From a virus: a stretch of 64,000 bases of DNA. Below are positions 36,650 through 45,100 of this stretch, piece after piece (position 1 is the stretch's first letter; every line of letters begins with the position of its first letter). Made by a program: the position numbers and the translations under genes. The notes under the pieces were generated by a model. It was not told the origin of the DNA and searched no databases. It saw only the letters and a list, made by a program, of their open reading frames with translations. The stretch covers positions 190,917-254,916 of the IMG/VR virus record IMGVR_UViG_3300045988_171772; one strand, 5' to 3'.

Positions 36650-37636
36650 TTAGGCGATAGGACGAGCAGGCAGGTCGTCGGCATCAGCACCCCAATTGGA
36701 AGCATATCCCAGGACAGAAGTCGGGATGTTGTCCAGCTTGGTCTTATCAGCAGCAGACATCAGACCATCAGTGGACTGAGTTGCCTTCTGATAGGTGGTA
36801 TCCTGACCAGGAATTCCCAGAGCAGTGATGTCACTCTTCTCCACAGCAGCAGCCGCAGAGACATGACCAGTGGCATCCACAGTGATTTTATACAGGCCAG
36901 AAGCCTTAGAAGTGTAGCTCGGGTGAGTGTACTTGTTAGCACCAGCCTCGATACCATTCAACTTGGTCTTGTCGGCCGAAGACATCAGGCCGGCAGTAGA
37001 GGTAGTAGCTTCCTCGTAGGTGGTGTTCTCAGGAGTACCCCAAGTACCATCAGCCTTCAGAAACTTAGCCTGATCACCCTTCGCAGGAGCCGGAACCAGA
37101 CCGGTTCCACCAGCAGCAGAAGCAGAAGCACCCTTGAAGGCATTGTAGGTTGTATCCTGAGCAGGAATGCCCAGACCGGTGATGTCAGACTTAGCAACCG
37201 GGGTAGTGGCAGTCACATGGCCCAGCGCATCAACGGTAACCTTATACAGACCCGCTGCGGCAGCAGTATGAGACGGGTGAGTGTAGTTGTTAGCATTAGG
37301 AGCAATGCCGTCCAACTTCGCCTTATCCTCCGCACTCATCAGGCCAGCTTTAGAGCCAGTAGCTTCCTCGTAGGTGGTATCCTGAGTATTGAAGGTACCC
37401 TTAGAACCATCACCCTTGGTGAAGGTAACCACAGTTCCCTTAGAGGTCAGGTTGGTGACATAGCCGGTGATATCTTTACCGTTCTTGTCACCAAGAGCCT
37501 TGGCGACAACGCCAGCCTGAGAAGACATGATGGAATCAAGAGTGGTATTATCATGGAAATAAACGCCTTCAGCACGAGTTGCGGGCAGAATATTATTGCC
37601 TGCATTATCCGTCAACTGACGAATATAAGTTGCCAT
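36650..37636 (-). CDS. tail fibre protein paralogue (328 aa)
   Basis: N-terminal adaptor MATYIRQLTDNAGNNILPATRAEGVYFHDN. Repeats T[TY]EEATxSxAGLMSAxDKxKLDGI occur three times. It also carries GLVPAPAKGDQAKFLKADGTWGTP and the C-terminal SNWGADADDLP. Confidence 0.85.
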   Translation of the reverse strand: MATYIRQLTDNAGNNILPATRAEGVYFHDNTTLDSIMSSQAGVVAKALGDKNGKDITGYVTNLTSKGTVVTFTKGDGSKGTFNTQDTTYEEATGSKAGLMSAEDKAKLDGIAPNANNYTHPSHTAAAAGLYKVTVDALGHVTATTPVAKSDITGLGIPAQDTTYNAFKGASASAAGGTGLVPAPAKGDQAKFLKADGTWGTPENTTYEEATTSTAGLMSSADKTKLNGIEAGANKYTHPSYTSKASGLYKITVDATGHVSAAAAVEKSDITALGIPGQDTTYQKATQSTDGLMSAADKTKLDNIPTSVLGYASNWGADADDLPARPIA

Positions 37637-37734
37637 AACAATCGATTCCTTTCATTTTATTTATTGAAGATCTAAATGGGGATTATCAGTGGAGAAGACA
37701 GTACCCATTTGGGCCCTCACTTATTCAAAAGCTC

Positions 37735-37778
37735 TAGAAAAAGACTGACATGGAATTTGTGGCTTCCATGTCAGTCTT
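37735..37778 (-). terminator. rho-independent terminator between fibre paralogues
   Basis: 15-bp stem AAGACTGACATGGAA/TTCCATGTCAGTCTT followed by TTTCT on the minus strand. Confidence 0.7.
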
Positions 37779-37837
37779 TATTAGTTAGAGATTATAGGGT
37801 ACTTCGATGAATGATGAATGAATGAGGTGGATTCCTC

Positions 37838-38608
37838 TTATTCATTGAAATCAGGCAGTGCAGTGGACTCGCCACCCCAAGACTCGTCGACAGTCAGCAT
37901 GACAGTCGGGATCGCAGTCTTGTCAACCTTCGCATCCAGAGCAGTCTGCAGACCATTGACATTGGCGATCTCGTGGGTGTGATCAGCAGCCGCCTTAGCA
38001 TCCAACTGAGCCTGCACGCCAGAGGTAACTCCGGTCATGTAGTTCAGCTCAGTAGCAGAGGCAGTGACACCGAAGGTAGCCGGGGTGACAGAAGACCAGG
38101 TACCAGCACCGGTCAGGAACTTGTCCTGATCGCCCAGAGCGGGAGCCGGAACCAGACCAGTAGCACCTTCAGCCTCGGCAGAAGCGCCGGTCATGGCCTT
38201 CAGGTCAGTGATGTCAGCCATCACATGCTGGTGGGTCTTGTCAGCCTTATTGGCCAGAGCAGCATCCAGACCATCCAGCTTGGTCTTGTCCGCAGCGGAC
38301 ATCAAACCAGCAGTAGAGGTAGTAGCTTCCTCGTAGGTGGTATCCTGATCGGGGATGTTGATCTCCACAGGAGTGCCATCACCCTTGGTCAGAGTCAGCT
38401 TGTGATCATCAATAGAGGCATCGGCCAGATAAGTAGCAATATCCTTGCCATTCTTATCACCCATAGCCTTATTGACGACACCGCTGGTGGCAGACATAAT
38501 CGAGCTCAACTTGGTGTTATCGGAGAAGAAGATACCTTCCGCACGAGAAGCAGGAAGGATAATGTTGCCCTGATTGTCTTTCAGTTGGCGAATATAGTAA
38601 GCCGTGAT
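37838..38608 (-). CDS. tail fibre protein paralogue; the conserved N-terminus extends upstream of the first canonical start
   Basis: The ORF track starts at TTG 38509. The same frame is open back to 38608 and encodes (I)TAYYIRQLKDNQGNIILPASRAEGIFFSDN, homologous to the paralogue N-termini. It contains no ATG, GTG or TTG. An ACG at 38603-38605 aligns with the paralogue ATG. Confidence 0.7.
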   Translation of the reverse strand: MTAYYIRQLKDNQGNIILPASRAEGIFFSDNTKLSSIMSATSGVVNKAMGDKNGKDIATYLADASIDDHKLTLTKGDGTPVEINIPDQDTTYEEATTSTAGLMSAADKTKLDGLDAALANKADKTHQHVMADITDLKAMTGASAEAEGATGLVPAPALGDQDKFLTGAGTWSSVTPATFGVTASATELNYMTGVTSGVQAQLDAKAAADHTHEIANVNGLQTALDAKVDKTAIPTVMLTVDESWGGESTALPDFNE

Positions 38609-38647
38609 TCATATCCCCCAATATATTTGGATTTTATAAACTGAGAC

Positions 38648-39160
38648 TTATTCGAAACTCGGAAGAGCGGTAGTTTCCCCACCCCATGTACGATCCACAT
38701 CCACTTTGTCAGTTGACAGAGAGTTGATCTGAGTCTGTACAGAGGAGGTGACCCCACTCATATAATTCAATTCCTCAGAAGTAGCAGTGATACCGAGATC
38801 TTCGAGAGATCCGATTCCACCACCTTCGACGGTGGGCATAGCCCAAGTACCGTCACCACGGAGGAACATATTCACATTTTCTTTCTTCGGTGCAGGAACG
38901 AGACCTGCAACACCATCTTTTTCAGATGTAGCGCCCTGCATAAGGTCTCCAGCGCCTACGACAGTCCAAGATGCTCCATTGTAGAGATAGAGCTTCTTGG
39001 TTTCCTTGACATAGACACGAAGGCCCTCAGGGCAAATGCCTGAAGTAACCAGTTCATCCCGGTCAGAAAGTGTGTCGAGAATTTCTCGAGCATCGAGAGG
39101 TTTTGTACCTTTGAGGGCAAACCCTGCCGCGACCGAGATGCCTGACAGTTGCAGTGCCAT
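38648..39160 (-). CDS. fibre-associated protein (170 aa)
   Basis: GLVPAPKKENVNMFLRGDGTWAMP motif and the C-terminal tag RTWGGETTALPSFE. Confidence 0.8.
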   Translation of the reverse strand: MALQLSGISVAAGFALKGTKPLDAREILDTLSDRDELVTSGICPEGLRVYVKETKKLYLYNGASWTVVGAGDLMQGATSEKDGVAGLVPAPKKENVNMFLRGDGTWAMPTVEGGGIGSLEDLGITATSEELNYMSGVTSSVQTQINSLSTDKVDVDRTWGGETTALPSFE

Positions 39161-39192
39161 GGCGAAGTTCCCTCACTTTCCCTTATAATTGA

Positions 39193-42100
39193 TTAATAAG
39201 AGAAGGTAAACGTCATTTCGCCCATGAAGGGATCATTATGGTAGACATAATAGTCACGACCATTGATCGTAACCTCTGTCTTATTCTTTGTAAATTCGGA
39301 GGTGTTATCGAGCTGGTTCTGGTCCTTCACGGATTTGATTTCACCGTAGGACTTGGGAGCGCAGAAGTAGACGAACTGCGTGGTTGGATTGTTGACAGAA
39401 ACAACCTTGGTTCCCTTAGCGGAAGCCTGCGTTGTCTTGTCATCATCACCATTCACAAAGGTTTCGTCAATCACTGTCTCACCAGGAGCGGTGCCCCAGT
39501 AATAAGTCTCTACGAAGTTGAAGGAAGCAGTCTTGACAATAGACTCATTACCATCCAGATCCATGGCTCTAACGGTCAGATACTTATGGTTACTGGCCTG
39601 AGTCATCCGATACGGAGAATTTAGAGTCACTGTCTGCGCACCTTCCGCAAATCCATTCTCATAATCCTCACTATACAGCTCACCCAGCGCCGTATGGCTG
39701 TCAAAGTCAGAATCAACATCATAGACCTGATAGGACATGATCTTGTTTCCATGAGCATTCGACAGATTCACGCGAACGCCGGTAATATTCTGCGTAGTAG
39801 CAATACCGACAGTACCACCATTACGCGGAAGCATAGTAGCGGTCAGTTCGGGAGCTACATACGGATGCAGCAGCTTATAGATCAGATCGAGAATATCAAT
39901 GCCGCTAGAAGGCGGAACGTATCCTTCATTAATTCCTCCCACCGCAGCGGTAGTCGGAACCTGAGACGTATACTTGATGGAGACCTCTCCACCAGCACCC
40001 TGAATGATTTTCCAGGTACCATCCGAGGCCAGGAACTTGTTGGCATCTGCAGCAGCAGGAGCCGGAACCAGACCAACTTTACCAGGATTAGATCCATCGG
40101 TGCCAGTAAACGGATCGCTCACACCCGTTCCACCAGAAGGCAGATCGAGTTCATCCGAAGTTTCGTCACCCTTGGTCACAGTCAGCTTAGAACCAGACAC
40201 CGAGAGGCTCTTGACATAAGATGTCAAAGCGTTTCCACTGGTATCCTGAGTCGCAGCCTTCACTGTGGCTTCGGAAAGATCAGAAATGTCACTTGCGGTG
40301 TGACTATGTGTTGCGTTCGCCTTTCCACTCAGAGCGTCAGTCAGCCCTTCCACCTTACTCTGAGCCAGCGAACTTACCGTCATGATTCCTTCACCATCCA
40401 CCGTAATTTCGGTAGATGCTCTGACGATACCAGCTACCTCTGTTGTAGCAGGAGCATACGTAGTGTTGGTATCCACCGGCACAGCCCATGTACCATCGGC
40501 TTTCAGGAACTTGTCCTGATCACCAATAGCGGGTCCCGGAACCAGACCATCACTACCAGCACCCTCCGCAGAAGCGCCAGTAAATGCACTATAGGTAGCA
40601 GCTTCCGGCAGTTCGATCTCTGTCGAAGAGCTATCACCTTTAGTGATGACAATCTTCTTGTTATCTTCGGACTTTTTGACATCGGCCACATACGTGGTGA
40701 TGTCCTTTTCATTCTTATCTGTCGTAGCTTTAGCAGCTTCCGCCACAGAAGCAGCAGACAGATTCAGATCGGTAATATCAGAGACTGTGTGGGTATGCTC
40801 AGTATCAGCCTTAGCACCAAGAGCGGCAGTCAGTCCATTGACCTTCGCCTGCTCAATGGTACCAATACCCAGAGCACCATCCACACCAACAGTGACTTCG
40901 GTAGACGCTTTCACCAGACCCGGAGTGGAATCAGTGGCAACCACCAGATCGGAGGCTTCCAGCTTGTTATCCAGTGTAGTCTGGAGATCGGTAACGTCAC
41001 TAATGGCATGGGTATGCACACTAGCAGCTTTACCGCCCAGAGCGTCGGTCAAACCAGTCACTTTATCCTGCGACACAGCAGTGATGCTCATCGCACCATC
41101 GCCAGCCACAGCGATTTCAGAAGAAGCTTTAACGATACCAGCTGTTTCTTCAGTCGCAACCGCAACATCAGATCCAGCTTTGACAACCGCCCATGTACCG
41201 TCGGCCTTCAGGAATTTATCCTGATCACCCTGAGCAGGAGCGGGAACCAGACCAGCACCACCAGCAGCATCCGAAGACGCCCCAGTGAAGTTTGAATACA
41301 CGGTACCCTTAGGCAGCTCAATCTCAGAAGAAGAGTCATCACCCTTCTTCACAGTGATCTTATTCTCAGCGAAGGTCACATCAGCAACATAGGTCGTGAT
41401 GTCTTTGTCATTCTTGTCATTGGTAGCCTTACCAGCAGCAGCGACAGTCGCACTCGCAATGTCGGTGATCTGAGATACCGTATGAGTATGCTCAGAATCA
41501 GCCTTCGCTTCGAGAGCAGCGCTCAAGCCAGTAACACTAGCCATTTCATGAGTATGGACACTATTGGCTTTACCAGCCAGGGCAGTATCCAAACCAGTCA
41601 CATCGGCAGTTTCATGAGTGTGCTCAGCAGCAGCGGCACCAATCTTCGCCAGAGTGATGTCCAGAGTCTGGGCAGCCGAACCATCGAATGTCACGTTATT
41701 CTCAGCCTGCGTACCGCCGTTGAAAGTAACGCTCAAAGCGTTGGTGGTCTTACCAGCCTCTGCAACCACAGCAGAGTTCAGATCAGTGATATCCGCAGCC
41801 TTATGAGTATGCTCAGTGGCTGCCTTACCTGCCAGAGTAGTCTCCAGATCGGCGACTTTGCTCTGAGCAATGCTATCAACTGTCATGGTACCATCGACAC
41901 CAACCGAGATCTCGGCAGATGCCTTCACGACACCAGTATTGTCAGTCGTAGCAATCGGGAGAGTAGAGGCTGTCAGTTTCGCATCGAGCGCATCCTGCAG
42001 ACCATTGACATTAGCGATCTCATGGGTATGAGTAACATCAGCCTTCGCACCCAGAGCATCAACGAGGCCAGTGACCTTAGACTGCTCGATACTAGCAATG

Positions 42101-45100
42101 CTCATGGCACCATCTTCCGGAGCAACCGTGAATTCGGCACCAGGCTTCACAATGCCAGCCTTATCAGAAGTAGCGATGTCAACCGAGGTATCATCCAAGG
42201 TAACAGTAGCCCAGGTCCCATCCGACTTCAGGAACTTGTCCACATCGGCACTCACAGGAGCGGGAACCAGACCAGCTTTTCCATCGCCAGTACCGGTAGT
42301 ACCGGTAAAGTTGGAATACACGGTTTCCTTAGGCAGATCGATCTCACTAGAAGATCCATCACCCTTGGTAATCGTGATCTTCGAATTCGCCTGGGTAACA
42401 TCAGAGACATACTGAGTGATATCCTTACCATTCTTATCCTGAGTAGCCTTGGTGGCATTGCCAACCGTAGCATCAGCCAAAGAATCAGAATCCACCTTAG
42501 AAGCCAGAACTTCCGTCAGTCCACTGACCTTATCCTGAGCGATCGAAGCAACAGTGAGCGCTCCGTCTTCACCAACACTGATCTCAGAAGATCCTTTGAC
42601 AATACCAGTGGTGTCACCAGTGGCAATACCAGGCAGATCATCAGATTCCAGTTTGATATCCAGAGCATCCTGCAAACCAGTCACATCAGCGATCTCGTGA
42701 GTATGCTCACTAGCAGCCTTCCCATCAAGAGTCGTCTGCAGATCGGTGACATCACTAATTGCATGACTATGAATAGTGCTCGCCTTTCCACTCAGAGCAT
42801 CAGACAGCCCGTTTACGGAATCCATCTCATGAGTATGAGTAGCGGCAGCGGCTCCCACTTTGGCCAGGGTGATATCCAAGGTCGCAGCAGCAGAGCCATC
42901 GAAAGTGGTAACATTCTCTGGAGTGTTATCACCATTGAAGGTGACAGTCATAGCATTCGTGACCTTAGCAGCCTCAGCAACCTTTGCGGTGTTGAGATCA
43001 GTAATGTCAGCAATGTCATGGGTATGATCAACATCAGCCTTAGCAGCAATAGCAGCAGGCAGACCGTTGATCTGCTCAGCATCCAGAGTGATTTCAGGGA
43101 TGTCTTTCAAAGTATGGGTATGCGCAGCGTCAGCCTTGCCAGAAAGAGCCGCTGTGAGACCAGTGACTTTCTCCTGAGCAATCCCGGCGACAGTCATCAC
43201 ACCTTCACCATCCACCGCGATCTCAGAAGAGGATTTCACGAGACCAGCAGTTTCAGAAGTGGCGACATCGTAGGTGGTATTGGTATCGACCGGAGTGCCC
43301 CAAGTGCCATCGGCTTTCAGGAACTTGTCCTGATCACCCTGCGCAGGAGCAGGAACCAGTCCAGCTTCACCAGCTCCCTCAGCAGAAGCACCAGTGAAGT
43401 CTTTATAGACGGTACCAGCAGGCAGCTCCACATCGGAAGTGCTAGAGTCACCCTTCGCAATCTTCAGAGTATTACCCTGCAGAGTCACACCAGCAACATA
43501 CTCGGTGATGGGTTTACCATTGGTATCCTGAGAAGCAGCCTTAACGGTAGCTTCCGTCAGATCCTCGGTATCGACCTTACCAGCCAGAGTAGTTTCCAGA
43601 TCAGTGACATCCGCAATTGCGTGAGTATGGACACTAGCGGCTTTACCCGCAAGAGCAGTATCCAGACCGGTCACATCAGAAGTAGCATGAGTATGAGTGA
43701 CATTCGCCTTAGCATCCAGGAGACCCTGCAGATCAGTGATGTCGACAGCTTCATGCGTATGCTCAGTATCTGCCTTACCATCAAGGGCTGTGGTCACATC
43801 CGAGCTCTTGGCATAGTCACTCATATAACCGGGGATATTGGAATTGAAGGTGCTCTCAGTGGCAAGATTCACACGAATCGTTTCCGATCCGATGATCTTA
43901 TTTCCAGCATTGTACCATTCCACGGTCACATACCAACCGACATACTTGCCAGCGGTAGAAGAAGAACCGAGATAGGTCCAAGCAGAGTCACCAGCATCGT
44001 AGGTGGCAACCGGCAGTCTGGTCTCAACATAGTTGCGTCCCAGAGAATCCGGATCACCAAACGCAGTCACTTCGCCTTCCGTGATCTCATCTTTCAGGGC
44101 GATACGGTAATCCGTAGCATCCGCAGGAGCATAAGCACGAAGAGCCATGGTCACAGTATTCGGATCCTCTGCCCCATCCTGGGGAGCCCAGGGAGTCAGG
44201 GTAGAATACATGACACGAATCTCTTCATCACGATAAGAGACGCGAGTGTCTTCGAACAGGCCATCGGTAATCTCAAACTTGTTAGAAGCCTGAGACATGG
44301 TGGCAAAGGTATTCTCCAGGTTGGTAACCTTCGACTGCGGGATAGACGAAACCGTCATCACGCCTTCTCCGTCAACCTGGATCTCAGACGAAGCTTTCAC
44401 AAGACCAGCGATCTCGCTAGTCGCCACGTCGTAAGTCGTGTCATTGTCGACAGGAACCGCCCAAGTGCCATCGGCTTTCAGGAACTTGTCCTGATCGCCC
44501 TGCGCAGGAGCAGGAACCAGTCCTTCTTCACCAGCACCTTCCGCAGAAGCACCAGTAAAGGCATCATACACAGTTCCCTGAGGGAACTGAATCTCACTAG
44601 AAGATCCATCACCCTTGGTCACAGTGATCTTGGTATTGTCCGAGGTGACATCCGCCACATAGGTCGTGATGTCTTTGCCGTTTTTGTCAGAAGTGGCCTT
44701 ACCAGCTTCACCGACCACAGCAGAAGACAGAGTATCGGTCAGATCGGTAATGTCAGCAGCCTTATGGGTATGCTCGGCATCCGCCTTAGCACCCAGGGCA
44801 TCTGTCAAACCGGTGACATCATCCATCTCATGCGTGTGCTTAGTATTGGCTTTACCAGCCAGATCATCAGCAACAGCACTCTGGACAGCAGCATCGAAAT
44901 CAGTGATTTCAGACGCTTCATGTGTATGAACAGCAGCAGCCTTAGCATCCAACTGAGCCTGCACACCAGAGGTAACTCCAGTCATGTAGTTCAGTTCTTC
45001 CGCAGTGGCTGTAATGCCGGCAGCTTCCAGGTCAGCAGGAGGTGCATCAACCCAGGTGCCAGCACCAGACAGAACCTTATTCTGATCACCAGCCTTGGGA

